From Proteromonas lacertae (lineage: Eukaryota): a stretch of DNA of 64,000 bases. Every line of letters starts with the position of its first letter. Positions within the stretch are counted from its first letter, which is position 1. The notes under the pieces are model-generated. The model saw nothing but the letters and a program-made list of their open reading frames with translations, searched no databases and was not told the origin of the DNA. The stretch lies in the NCBI GenBank assembly GCA_002245135.1, contig NGBS01000606.1, forward strand, positions 1 through 64,000. Reading direction: 5' to 3'. The position numbers and the translations under genes were made by a program. Below are positions 41,086 to 55,303 of the stretch, one piece after another.

Positions 41086-43409
41086 ATGTCTGAAGGAGAT
41101 GAAATTAAAAAACCACTTGGAAAAGGTGGACAAGGATGTGTAAAGCTTGTAGAGCATAATGGACAACGAATGGCAAGAAAAGAAATAAATGTGAAAAAAA
41201 ATGGATTAGAACAATGTCTTAAAGAAGTAAAAATGATTGAACAACTTCGCGATAGACATGTGTTGATATTTAAGGAGTATTATCATGATAAAGAACATGA
41301 TAAGTTTTACATTTACACTGAATACTTCAGAAATCGAGATTTAAGACGTTTAATCGAGAAACAGAATCATAAAGATTTTGAAATACCTGTATTTATATTT
41401 ATAATACATATTTTGAATAGATTGTGATAAAGTATATGAAAGACTTGATAAATGTTGTTAAATACATACATAGTAAGAATATTATTCATCGAGATTTGAA
41501 ACCAGGAAATATATTAGTGAGTGATAATAATGAACTTGTAATTGGTGATTTAGGTTTAGCTGTTGAAAAAGGCATGTCACACTATGGTTTTGGAGGTACT
41601 CCCAACTATATTGCTCCAGAAATATATGAAAACGAAGAAAATCCTCCATATTCTGAAGCTAGTGATATATTTGCTTTGGGTTGTATATTCTATGAAATTT
41701 ATACTTTAAGAATGTTATACAATGGAAGAGATAATAAAGAAATTCGAGATAAAATACTCAGTAATATAGTAGTATCATTTGAAAGAAATGATTTAGATAG
41801 AAATACTTTAGTAGAGAATCTAATAATGAAAATGCTTGAAAAAGATCCAAGTAAAAGATTATGTTTGAAAAGAATTGAAGATAGAGTAAATATAATCGAA
41901 GAAGATTTAGATATTTCATCTGTACCAAATTCAACAGTATCTAGTTTCATCCCTTCTTCTATTTCTGCTTCTCATCCAGTTGCTGGTAAAATTTCTACTA
42001 CCTATAGTTCATTTGCTCCATCTCAACAATTAAATCCAATTATAGCTTTTTATTTACATAATGCTTCTGTAGCTAATATATCACTCGATGACATGTGTGC
42101 AATGAGTCAAGAACAATTCAAAAGGATATGGAAAAATGATAATATAAATTTCATGTTTCCTATTATTGATCAAACTAATCCGCCATTTACTGCCAAAGAT
42201 GCATTGCTATTAAAGAATGGTAAGAATGAGTTTGAAGATAAACTACAGAAACTAATACAAATGATCAATAGTCTACCTGATTATTATAGTAGTGGAATTG
42301 AAGATAGAATTGACTTATTTTTATCTGTTCTTGAATTACAATTCTCATTTGATGAAATTGATACTGTAAATAACTCTAAAAACAGCAAAACAACAACTTC
42401 AACTCAACTACCACCATCATCACCACCACAATCTACAATGAATTTCTATTTAGAGGATGGTGCAATTGAAAGTAAATCACTCAATAACATGTGTAGAATG
42501 AGCCAAGAAGAATTTAATCAGTTTTGGAAATATGATTATATAAATATGATGTTTCCAGTTGTTGGTCAAACTAATCCACCATTTACTCTTGAAAATGCAT
42601 TTGTGTTAATGAAAAGAAAAAACGAGTTTAAAGATAAATTGGAAAAACTATTACCTCTATTAAGACAATTACCCGAAGAAATGATTATTAGTATTTCAGA
42701 GAGAATTGATTTATTTCTAGCTTCTCTTGAATTGCCATATTCGTTTGATGGAATTGAAAGTGTAAATAACTCTTATAATATCAAATCAACTTCTTCATCA
42801 GCTCATCCTCCGCCACCATCAACATCTTCATCAACAAACTCATCATCAACAATTCCATTAACTCCCTCAATAACAAAAAGAAAAATACCAATTTATCAAA
42901 GAGGTGGTTTACATCCTTCAAGATGGATTCATGTAACTGATGTTGAAATTGATAATTGTCCTGCACAAGTTCAATCATTATGGTATGAAAGGCCTGATGA
43001 AGGAAATAATTTACTATCTGTGAATGGAGAACCACCAAATTATCATCCTTCTGGAATAGTACAAGGATCAGAAGGATTGGATTATTCATTCCTTAACAAG
43101 ATTGGATATGGAAATTGGTGGACTAAGACTAAAGAAGAAGAATATGTATATGTTCCTGTTTATCAAAGAGAAGGACATCATCCTTCTAAATGGATATATC
43201 AAACAACAGCCCCAATCAAAGCTGAGTATAAAGATAAAATTACATGTCTTTATTATGCTCGAAGTAATGAAGGAAATGAACTACTATCTGTTATTGGAGT
43301 ACCAAGTGTTTATCATTTGAATGGAAGACAAGTTGAAGGATCATCAGGAATTCCAAGAGAATATTTGAATAAGATATCTCAAGCTGGTTGGTGGAATTAT
43401 ACGAAATAA
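41086..43409 (+). CDS. NEK-like Ser/Thr kinase + two OGFr-like modules + two C-terminal ~80-aa repeats
   Basis: Motifs GKGGQG, HRDLKPGN, GDLG and GTPNYIAPE; intron 41389-41420; internal repeats visible in the protein. Confidence 0.88.
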
Positions 43410-43629
43410 TTTCTTTAATGACTATTATTATTCTTAAATCTATTACTTGTTCTACATAAACAATATAAACAATATTGAACTAAAATAAGATAAATCGTTC
43501 AAATTAAAAAAATATGAATGTTTTTGAAGTCTATATTAATAGATACAGTCAAATTTAATAAAAATAAAATAGGTTTATCAAAAAAATTCACAAACCAGTT
43601 TCAGCACTATTTACATATAAAATATTTAC

Positions 43630-44937
43630 ATGTCTGAAGGAGATATTATTATAAAGTCACTCGGAAAAGGTGGACAAGGGTCAGTGAAGTTGGTTAAACA
43701 TAATGGACCTTCTTATGGCAAGAAAAGAAATAAATGTGAATAAAAATGGATTAGAACAATGTCTTAAAGAAGTAAAAATGATTGAACAACTTCGCGATAG
43801 ACATGTGTTGATATTTAAGGAGTATTATCATGATAAAGAACATGATAAGTTTTACATTTACACTGAATACTTCAGAAATCGAGATTTAAGACGTTTAATC
43901 GAGAAACAGAATCATAAAGATTTTGAAATACCTGTATTTATATTTATAATACATATTTTGAATAGATTGTGATAAAGTATATGAAAGACTTGATAAATGT
44001 TGTTAAATACATACATAGTAAGAATATTATTCATCGAGATTTGAAACCAGGAAATATATTAGTGAGTGATAATAATGAACTTGTAATTGGTGATTTAGGT
44101 TTAGCTGTTGAAAAAGGCATGTCACACTATGGTTTTGGAGGTACTCCCAACTATATTGCTCCAGAAATATATGAAAACGAAGAAAATCCTCCATATTCTG
44201 AAGCTAGTGATATATTTGCTTTGGGTTGTATATTCTATGAAATTTATACTTTGAAACAATTATTTAATGAAAATGAAAGTAAAGAAGTTATTAAAGATAA
44301 GATAACAAGTGACCTTGATTTAGTATTTGAAAGAAATTTTGAGAGAAATTCTTCGATTGAAAAATTAATAATAAGAATGGTTGAAAAAGATCCAAATATA
44401 AGAATAAACCTTGATAAGATAGAAGAGAGAATGGAAATAATTGAAGATGATTTAGAAGCATCATCAAGACATGACTCTACTGTATATACATCTGTATCAC
44501 GTACTATATCAGTTTCACAACATCATAATCTAACTGTTGGTTTTTATTTATTTAATGAATGTATTGAAAATATGTCACTAGCATATTTGTGTGAAATGAA
44601 TCAAAATGATTTTAACAGAGAATGGAATTATGAATATGCCTACATACTATTTCCTACTATTGGTCAAAATAATCCACCTTTTACACTTGAAGATGCGCTT
44701 TTATTAAAGAATAGAAAAAGTGAATATTTAGATAATTTGAGGATATTATTAAATTTATTAAGAAGTTCTCCTAACTATATGAGTAGTGGAATATCATATT
44801 CAATTGATTTATTCTTGGATATTATAGAATTACCAGAGTTTAAACAAAATCCACTTGATGAACAAAGAATTCAAACTGAATTTATTAACATGTTTAATAG
44901 AATGTTCACACTAATTGCTAATGTTAGTAGCCAGTAA
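43630..44937 (+). CDS. NEK-like kinase, tandem paralog with a single OGFr-like module
   Basis: Kinase core nearly identical to the 41086 copy; +1 frameshift near 43708 (assembly error or inactivation). Confidence 0.8.
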
Positions 44938-44997
44938 TTATAAATAATTCAAACTCAGCTTTAAAAACAACATTATAAAAAACAAATCAAGAATTTT

Positions 44998-45243
44998 TTA
45001 TTTTTTATTTTTTTCTTTGATATTATTAAGTACTTTCAAATCTTGCTTGATAGATTCATTCAATTTTTCAATACCATCTTGTAATTGACATAAAATCTAT
45101 TTAAAAATAATAACAATAACGAAATAATACATTTTCTAAGTTTTCTTTTTGTTTATCATTCAATTGAACATTATCTTTACTAAATTTCCATCCTTGTACA
45201 TTCTTCAATGAATTTAATTCAGTTAATCTTGCATTGAAAGAAC

Positions 45244-45286
<43 letters not shown>

Positions 45287-46425
45287 TAAAAATACTTTGG
45301 TTTTGATAAATTCTCTAACAATTCTCTCAGTCTATTATTATAATTTATTTCTTCAGTATAAAGAGGATGTCTATCATTTTTAATTATTTCTAATCTAATT
45401 AACAACTGTATCAATCTTTTACTCAACTCCCATTGGTGGTTTCTACATTCATTTAATAATCCATTATTCTTAATTGCTTCTAATTTTATCTTTTCTATTG
45501 TATTCAATAGCTTCTTCACTAATTCATTTATTTTTGGTATATTTTTAGTTTGTTGTTCAGCTCTTTCTTTTAATTGTTTAAATCCATATAATGGAGTTGG
45601 TATTAAATTATTCTTGTCAGGATTATTCTGTCCAATGGCTTGTTTCCAGGTTTGTTCAGGTATTGATGTTGGAGGTGATAAAAATGATGATGATGGTTGT
45701 TGTTGTTGTTGTTGAATATTATTATTATTATTATTTATTGAATAAGTACTATAAAATACATGTTGGAATAAACATCGTGGACTTGGTTCATACATTGAAT
45801 TTATTCTTTCTATTTGTGATAATGGTGAATCATTTGGAATATTTGACATATTATTATTATTTCCAAATATTCCACCACCTAATCCAGTATTTGCTGCATT
45901 ATTACCAAATAAACTACTTCCACCACCTAATCCACCAGTTGCTGTTGTTGTTGAATTACCAAATAATCCATTTGTTGAATTATTACCGAATAATCCTCCA
46001 CCTATTGTTGTATTAGTTCCTGTATTGCCAAATAGACCTCCTGGTTTTGCAGCATTATTATTACTATTGCCAAATAGACTACTTCCAGTTGTATTGTTTG
46101 TATTACCAAAAAGACCTCCAGTTGCTGGTGCAGTTGTATTACTTGAATTGCCAAAAAGACCTCCGGTTGATGGTGTAGTTGTATTACCAAAAAGGCTAGA
46201 TCCTGTTGTTGTATTTTTGTTATTGTTTCCAAAAAGTCCACCAGCGTTATTATTTGCACCATTATTCCCAAATAAACTGTTTGTAGTGGTAGGTGCAGCA
46301 TTTTGCTGTGTATTTCCAAATAAACTATTAGTAGGTGGATTTGAACTTAATCCATTCAAGCTCAAAGGAGGTGCAGCAGATATTGGTGCTATAGAAGGTC
46401 CTAAATTTGGAGCATTAATGTTCAT
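44998..46425 (-). CDS. NUP54: FG-repeat nucleoporin Nup54
   Basis: GLFG/SLFG repeats; Nup54 motif PTPLYGFKQLKER; C-terminal coiled coils. Confidence 0.8.
45245..45286. repeat. Intronic (TAA)n microsatellite
   Basis: Trinucleotide run inside a Nup54 intron. Confidence 0.9.
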
Positions 46426-46820
46426 TCTCTCTAAAAATTGAAAAGAATGTGAGAGAGTTTCAAAAATATATTCGTTTTTAGATGTATTTTGAATGTAATA
46501 AACAAAACATGAAAATAAACATCAAACAATAACATCATAAAAATATAAAAAACTAAAATGCGCTTATAAAGAAGTATAAGTAAAGAATGAAAATCCATTT
46601 TAAACAAAAGTTCTGTCTCATTTTTCTTCAAAACAATATAGTGACTCACTTAATTCGATTATGTGATTTTTTTAGTTTATATGTTTATAATTCATTAGAT
46701 TATCTAAAAATGATAAAACATACTAAAACGAATATTTTTTCAATTTTTAAAATTCGTTATTTATGCTAGAAAGGTTTAGAGAGATATAAAGGTTATTTTT
46801 AATATATAAGTCAGCAAGAA

Positions 46821-48398
46821 ATGTTAAGTATAAACGAAAAAGTGTTTAGATATTTCCACTGTATGATGTTTGATCTATTTTTATGTAGTGAACCAAGTTG
46901 ATACATTTAAACTCGATAAAAATATAAGAGAAGTGTTTAAGTATGATCTGGTATTTATTATTTCTAGAAATAACTTCAAAGTCTCTCCATCAGAATTTGT
47001 TTTTCATTTCGACAAGGAAATCACTCCATGTAATTTAACGCTGGTTCAACAATTATGTATAAACAATATTTTATAAGTATGATAGCATTGATTTGTCAAA
47101 CCCACTCTATATCTTTATCAGACTGTTATTTTATAATTTTATCAATATGCATGTCTACATCATCAATAGATAATATTACATTTTATTTAAGTTCAATCGA
47201 TGAACATTGGCCGATTGATTCGGTGCAAATGTATACACTGAAGAAGAATGAAGAAAGTAAAATATACAATTCAGCCAAATCATTTGATAAAGACAATGAT
47301 GATTTGCTATCACTGGATGAATTTCAGTTATTTTTTTCTAAATATAAAGAGTTATTCCAACCACTTGACTCATTTATAAAATCAATGAAAAGTAAAATAT
47401 TAGGCGTGAAATATTGGGATCTTTTATTGGATAGATACAAGAAATATGAATTTATATATAAATATAGACAAAAGAACAATGATAGAGCACCAAAACAAAC
47501 AATATGTAAAAGGATTGATTGTTATTTAGTGACTGGATATTTTTCACTTTATGATTGTGATTATTGTGATCCACCAATAGATTCAGATAGATTTGAATTA
47601 ATGCAACTACTACAAAAACGAACAGCTAAAATTAGACCTTCCATACTCAACAATAGTGATAATATGCTACGAATGTCATTAGCATCTAGGAAAAGTTCGG
47701 GAGTAAGAAGGAAGAAGAGTACAGCCATATCATTTAATAGTTCAACAAATACGAATATGGAAAGATCAAGACTGTATAATATGGAGAAATCAAAACGACC
47801 ATCTGATGTTGGTGCAATGAAGAAACAAAGTCGAAGAATTGATGATATTAATAACACACCTCAAGCTATTATACAACAGCAAACAATATTAGAGAAAAGA
47901 TCAAAGCCAAATGTGGCAAAAAGATCAATAGATGATAAACTAAAAGCAGCTAGAGCAAAATCACCATCTACACCTCATAAGGTTAATAATAATAATAGTA
48001 ATAAATCTGATAGTAATACTAAATCATCCAATATAACATCTCCTCATTCTCCTCCTATTAATTTGAATACAAAGAAAAGTAACAATTCACCTCAATTTTT
48101 ATCACCAAACAGAAGAAGTGTTAAGGCTAGTAAAAATGGTAATATTAAAGAGGGATTACTACCAGGTGAACCTATACCTAATTCATCTGTAAATACTAGT
48201 GTTACACCATCTAAAAGTGGTAGTATAAAAATAGTAATTAATAAAGCTAATCCACCCAATTTAAATTCAGGAGTAGTACCAATACATGTGGATATAGGTG
48301 AAGTTGTACCTGATACTACTGCTTCAGCACATCATAGTCTTAGTGATGAAGATAAAACTATTAATATTGCAACCAATAATGAAGTTGTTCCGTTTTAA
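46821..48398 (+). CDS. EF-hand-like protein with a basic, low-complexity C-terminus
   Basis: EF-hand DKDNDDLLSLDEF; start uncertain. Confidence 0.55.
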
Positions 48399-48586
48399 TG
48401 TGTTATGAAACCCAAAAATTAGTATCCAGATTATAGTCTTTTGTCCATATAACTTATTTATATTGTTTAAATATGTTTTGTTGATGTGATTATTAATAAA
48501 AATGAGTATTTATAACTTTACAAAAATATAGTCGTTTCGAATAATCACTTTTTCAAAATCATTTAATTATGATTAATTAGAGATAC

Positions 48587-50382
48587 ATGGGAGAATATGT
48601 AATATCCAAATCAATTCATGTCACTGATATTAAGGATTTTGTATCGTACTAGATATTTGATTCTATAGATTGAACTAAGAGGTGAATGTGGTTCTGGTAA
48701 ATTCGCAACTGTTCAAAAAAGTAGATTAAAATCATCTGAAATTGAAGTTGCTGTAAAGATAATAAATAAAGCAAAGACTTATGAACATACAAAGAATGGA
48801 GAGCATAAGAATGATCCTTTCTATCGTGTTGAAAGAGAAATAAAAATTTTATCATCCTTATCTCATCCACATATTGTAGAATACAAAGGTTGTTATGAAG
48901 ATAATGATAATGTGTATATTCTTCAAGATTATGTTACATATGATAATTGTAAGTTTGATCTTGATGATTATTTGTTATATCATGGAAATGTATTATTTAT
49001 TTATTATAAAATAGTTATCTGAATTACACTCTCATCATTTATTCTGTCAATTACTTTCGGCAATAGAATATATCCATTATAAGAACATATGTCATTGTGA
49101 TTTAAAAACTGCAAATATACTGATCAGTAATATTGGTGTTAAACTAATAGATTTTGGATTAAGTCGATATTTTCAAAAAGATTTATTATTTCATAAAGTA
49201 TATGGAACTCCTAATTATATGAGTCCAGAAATCTATTTAAATACACCAGAGCCAGGTTATGATGGTGTAAAAGCTGATATTTGGGCATGTGGAATAATAC
49301 TATATATAATGATCACTCGAGAAAAACCATTTATAGGTGAAGATATTATGGAACTTAGAAATAATATAATAAATCATCAATATACACCAATAACAACAGT
49401 TTCTGATGAATTGAATGATTTATTGTCGAAAATGTTTATTAAAGATCCAAATGAAAGAATATCTTTATCACAAATCAAACATCATATATGGATTACTAAA
49501 AATAATACTGATTCTGAAGAAGGAAAGAGTTGTAACAATAAAACAATGACTGTTTCAACACCTACAAGTGAAAAAAAGAATAATCATATAAATAACGTTG
49601 CTGAAAATAATGAAATAAAAAATGAAAATGAAAATGATGATTTGCCATTGAATAGATCATCTTCTATCACTTTAGCTTTAGCAAAAACAACAAAACAAAA
49701 GAAAAACCATAATCATATTATCCCTCCTTTATATCCAAATAATCCTTTATTTCAATCTGAACCTGATATAAATAGTGGTAATAACAATAATAAAACAAAT
49801 TCTCCTTTTAATGGAAATGCAATAAGTATATATGAATTTATAGCTGAACAAAATAATGAAGAAGAAGATGATGATGATGAAGAAAAGGAAGAAAAAGAAA
49901 ATGAAATAGAAAATCCTAAACATAAACGTCATTATTCGTTTCAATCATTTCCAATATCATCTTTACACTCTGCAAAGACTACTCCTTCCTTTAAACCCAG
50001 AAGTATGTCAACAGCCTTGTCAATGTCAAATACATCACCTTTTTTGTCTTCTTTTTCATTACTACCTCCTGCTGCTGTTAATTATAGTAATTCTAGTAGT
50101 AATAATTCTATTATATTACCTTTACCTATAAACTCTTCAACTAATTCAAATAATAACTCATTTTCGTTATTATCATCTTTCCCATCTCCACAGAATAATA
50201 CAAATGGTAGTAATAACAATAGTACAACACCTACTGGACAGTATTCTTTGTATCCACAACAATCTCCGTTTTTACAACCAATTCCTGTTTTACCACACAC
50301 TTATTCACTGAGTTTAGATGATGACTATGGGGAAGAAGAAGAAGAGTGTGATTTAGATGCTATCTGGCAATTTAGAGGATAA
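48587..50382 (+). CDS. CAMK/SNF1-like Ser/Thr kinase (HCD catalytic loop)
   Basis: Motifs GSGKFA, VAVKII, HCDLKTAN, DFGLS, GTPNYMSPE and DIWACG; two introns. Confidence 0.88.
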
Positions 50383-50519
50383 ATGTTAGTATTTGTACAT
50401 AATTTTTTTAACAATGTTTTATTATTATTATGTTTGTAAAAACCAATAAAAAGAAAAGTTGTAAATCAAAAATATCTACATATTTACTATAAATGTGCTA
50501 ATTGCATAAAATACTTTAT

Positions 50520-51030
50520 TCACACTAGTCTAACATAATACGCTCCACATATAATACATAATTTGGTAGGATTTATTAGATATCCCATGTCTATGTTTAA
50601 ATTGTAAAGCCCACGAGGGAGTAATATTAAGGGGTTTCATTGCTCTCTGCTTCTTTAAAACTTCATAAACACTGAAAGCAACATCTTTAATGTTGTTGTC
50701 ACTAAATGCCACGTGTGATCCTATAACAGAGGCTTGATTCCACAATATATTCATGATAATGTCTTCTTCATCCCTTGTAAAAACTTTCGTTGATGAGCCT
50801 CTTCTATCAATCGATGGATCTTCTAATCTGTTCTTCCAAGCACGATACTTCTTGGACAGTGTGGGCCTCTTTATTTCATAAGTTCTAGCAATAAGTGAAA
50901 TGTTACCAGTCTGTTCAATTAAGTTGAACAGTTCAATCCATCTTTCAGGTGATAGATTATACGCAACTCCCTGTCTCTTGTAGCCTATTTTTTCTGTGGA
51001 TGAACCTTTACTTTCTAACACAGTTTTCAT
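50520..51030 (-). CDS. CENP-B/pogo-type double HTH DNA-binding protein without a DDE domain
   Basis: ISLIARTYEIKRPTL (psq-like HTH), FTRDEE and PSWALQFKHRH (CENP-B HTH). Confidence 0.7.
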
Positions 51031-51837
51031 GGATGAAACTAAGAAAAAATGAAACAAATACCAAATTAAAAATTATCAATTCATCTTACTCAATTTATTG
51101 CATGTGTATTTCAAAATGGATTAGCACTATCCCATTAGATGAAATTTATTTCGCCGATCAAATTTATATGTACTATACAGCTGTGCATGCAACCTCACAT
51201 AAAATTACAAATATTTAAAGAATTATGTTCAATCAAAAACACACATAACAAAAACATTACACAACACTACATACGTTCCTTAACACCAATATTGCACTTT
51301 TTTAACATACTGATCAAAAATTTAAATAATAAATTATATTCCATCAGTTTTCATTATCATCAATATATTTCATCTAATTCTAAATTCATCCACGCTAAAA
51401 TCGTTACTCTAACCTGAAGTGTCAGAATTAAATTTTGAGATAACACATCGGTAAGGATTGTAATTTGTGCTGCTAGAATGTATACATAATATACAATAAT
51501 AAAAGAACATAAAAAACCTAAATAGTGACAAAATTTAATTGTGCAACATTAGTTACAGGATTTTAAACATTTGATAACTATCAGATACTAACTAGCGAAA
51601 CCAAAACAATGTTTCTGTCGATTACATTATCCAAAGAAGGTATTTCTTAAAGACTAAATGTTGTTTTTTGTGTGAATTATTAATAAATAAGCATTTTTAG
51701 ACATAAATAGTAATTTTATTACATTAACACCCTCACTCTTACCCTTTTCGTCTAGTTAAATTAACACTATAATTTCGGTTATACATTTATAGAAGCTTGA
51801 TCAGGCTTGCTACTGTTACATAATCTACTCAAGAACA

Positions 51838-52928
51838 ATGCCACCTCCTAAAACTACACCTGTAAATTCGAATCTCTTTATTATAATGCATAGAAAAAGC
51901 TAAGATCCACATCCAATAGAAAGAAATCTGCAACAGAATCAGTAGAAGTATCCGAAGCTAGGAGAAGATTGTCTGTTATGGGCGGAAATCCCCATTTAGA
52001 TGGAGTGGAGCATGCCAAAAGTCCAGAAGCTCCTGGTACATCAAGTACAGTAATGCAGAACGCTATAAGAGTATATTATGGTAGATCAAAGAAAGGTATT
52101 GTTCCATTTAATGAACACAAAACCAATCAAGACAGAATGTTTATGCAGACAGATGCAAAAACTAATTCTGTGATATTATGTGTAATGGATGGACATGGGG
52201 AAGTAGGTCATTTAGTAAGTAGTTTTCTACAAACAAAAATACCCAAAATATTACTAAACAATCCAGCTTGGACAAGTAATGTACCAAATGCGTTAAAGCA
52301 GACAATACAACAAGTCGATCAAATGCTTCAAAGAGATACAGCAATACAAACTCAATTTAGTGGATCAACGTTAGTAATGGCAGTAATTCGGAGTAATACT
52401 CTATATACTGCAAATGTTGGTGATAGTAGATGTATATTAGCTAAAACTATCAGTGACACACCAGGAAACACTTGGTTGCCTGAACAAATCACAATTGATC
52501 ATAAACCTGATTTACCTAAAGAAAAAGAACGTATAATAAAGTCGGGTGGAAGAGTATTTTGTGTGACATATCCAGGAGGCATTGTAGGCCCACCACGTGT
52601 ATTTCTTAAAGCTATGGACATACCTGGTTTGGCTATGAGTAGAAGTATCGGAGATGAAGTGTCTCATAGTGTAGGAGTGTCAGCTATTCCAGATATTACC
52701 ACTAGACAGTTATTACCTACAGACAAAGCAATTATATTAGCATCAGATGGATTATGGGAGTTTATTACTAATAATGAAGTGGTTGCTGTATGTGCTAAGA
52801 AACCACATCCTAAAGATGCTGTGGATGTAATGATGAAGATGAGTGAAGAGATATGGTTGAAGAATGAACAAGTGGTGGATGATACAACTATAATAGTAGC
52901 ATATCTAGATGTAAAAGATGTAAAATAG
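51838..52928 (+). CDS. Protein phosphatase 2C (PPM family)
   Basis: Motifs NQDR, DGHG, SGST, ANVGDSR, DHKPD, GLAMSRSIGD, ASDGLW and DDTT; one intron. Confidence 0.95.
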
Positions 52929-53027
52929 GTAGATAATGTGATTATAATATTATAGTATTACATAATTTGATGTGTTCATATAATACTTTTTTAATATATT
53001 TGTTTTTTTGGCTGTTTAAATAAATAG

Positions 53028-55221
53028 ATGAATGTTGCAGATCATAAAAAATATTGTCGATGTATGTATTGATCGTTGTTTGTCAACATGTACATAACTA
53101 TTGCAGATAGGCTTCAGTGCGGTTGGTTAGCAATTCTATTGAATGTATAAATGTTTATAAATATATTTAAAGGAGAATGAAGAAGTCACCTATGGAACAA
53201 TAGCATTATGTGTGCCGTACCTCATCATAACGTATATTCAATATCCTATTGTATATTTAGCTATACTTGGATGTTTTTATCGTATTTATTTGGGCATATC
53301 ATCACCTTTTTTATTTATTTCGCAATCGTTTGTTATATCATCAGAATAATATGCAGATATGCTACATTCATAGGAGCTATTTCCATGATAAGTGATGATG
53401 TCGTTACCTGTTTTGCATCAAAATTTGAAATTAAACTCAGTCAAACATTTAAGAATGTATTATCATATATGCAATGTATACAATATAATTAGATTAATAA
53501 CTTGGTTGCTTTGTTGAAATCTGATACTTTACCTTCTTCAAGTGTAATAGAAGAATCAATAGATTTTCCAACACTTAGCTTATTAATTCAAACCCTTAAA
53601 TATTTGGACGAACAGAATTATCTAATAGATATTTATAGACCATTTTATTTATCAGTTCAGGATTTATCAAATCAAATATCAAAGATTTCATCATTAATGT
53701 CATTATATACTGATTTAACAAATCATAAAGCAGAATTATTAAATTTAGCAAATTTAATACAAGAAAAATTACAGCATAATTGAAGCTATGAATATCAAAT
53801 ACTATAATATGAATAAGATATTTGGAATCTACTTCAGTTAAAAGTATTTTAATCAACATATATATAACATTCACTCAAACACCAGGTTTGATTAATTATG
53901 ATTTCTTAAGGGGATATTTGGTATATGTTTATATTACATTAAATATTATTTTGATAGATTGTAAGTCATGGTTATGAAGAATTTACACTTCCAACAGCTG
54001 ATGGAAAAGGTTCAATAAATGGATTATATAGGACAAGTCAAGTATATTATTAAAATATCATATTATATATATATATATACTAATTAGAATAATTCAAATC
54101 GAACAATTATATTGGCTAATCCAAATGGAGTGACGTATGAAACAATGGCAACTGTACTTGATCAAACTTGGATCAATTATTTCTATAAACATAATTTCAA
54201 TATTTGCATATATAATTATCGTGGATATGGTAGAAGCAAAGGATCTCCATGTTTGCAGAATTTATGTGAGTATAATAATAATATTTATAATAATAATTAT
54301 TATAGTGATTTTGATACACTTATTTCGTATATTCATAATTACAAATCAATTGATTATTTTGGTGTTTATGGATATAGTATTGGTGGAACAGTTGTATGTC
54401 ATGCTATTAATAATAATATGGTGAAGTTTATTATATCTGATAGGAATTTCAGTGAAATGAAAAGTGTAGTGAAATATCTGTTAGGTAATTTTATTGGATT
54501 TTTATATGATAATATATCAGAGAATAGAATTAATAACTCGTTGACCTATGATAGTAATGATAATTGTATTAAAATCATTACTAATTCTATAAACGATGAG
54601 ATTATTAGATATCCATCCTCGTTATTAGTTGGTGTATCAAAAGAATGTGAAAGGAAAGATCATAATATTCATTTAATAGCAATAAATACATTCATAGAAC
54701 AGTATTTGTTTCTATATGATCATTGCAATAAGAAAGATCATAGTCCAATGATATTATGTGATGTATTTATATATATATATTATAATATAATAATAATTAT
54801 TATTAGATTTTCCATCATATTGAGACTTTCGATTTTCTTGGGGTTGAGTTAAGAAAAGTGTTTTCTAAACATGGTGTGAATGGTTTGAAAGATTATATGT
54901 TGTGCGGAATGATATGGAATTATATATTTAATAAAATATATAAACCTAAAGTGACAATAGATCAACTAATATCGTATTTAGAAGAAAACAAGAATGTTGA
55001 TTCGAGAGTTGATTTGTTATGTCATTCAGTATATATATATATATATTATTTTTATATTGTTTTGTATGTAGTTATGTTTAATAAAAGAAGGGATAAAACC
55101 AAGAGAGAATTTAGGTTATTTGATAGTATTGGGTTGTTGTCATAATGATACAATAGATCATACATCTTTTCATTTGATAACTGAAATATTGAAAACTGAA
55201 GGAATTGTAGAAAGAAAATAA
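53028..55221 (+). CDS. Alpha/beta hydrolase (ABHD-like) with an N-terminal membrane segment
   Basis: Motifs NPNG, YNYRGYGRSKG, nucleophile elbow GYSIGG, SDRNF and C-terminal GCCHND. Confidence 0.75.
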
Positions 55222-55303
55222 TTTATTATAGAACTGTGTTGTATTATTATTATTTTGTAAATAAAAACAATTTTAAAAAGTATATAAATATTAAACAAAA
55301 AAA

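Noticed and set aside
45591..46441. Antisense and alternative-frame ORFs over Nup54 (similar ones over Sec16, CEP131 and the subtilases)
   Set aside because: These are shadows of repetitive or biased coding sequence with no independent motifs.
51031..51837. snRNA or tRNA in the long intergenic region
   Set aside because: No recognisable structure or box motifs by eye; an Infernal scan is needed.
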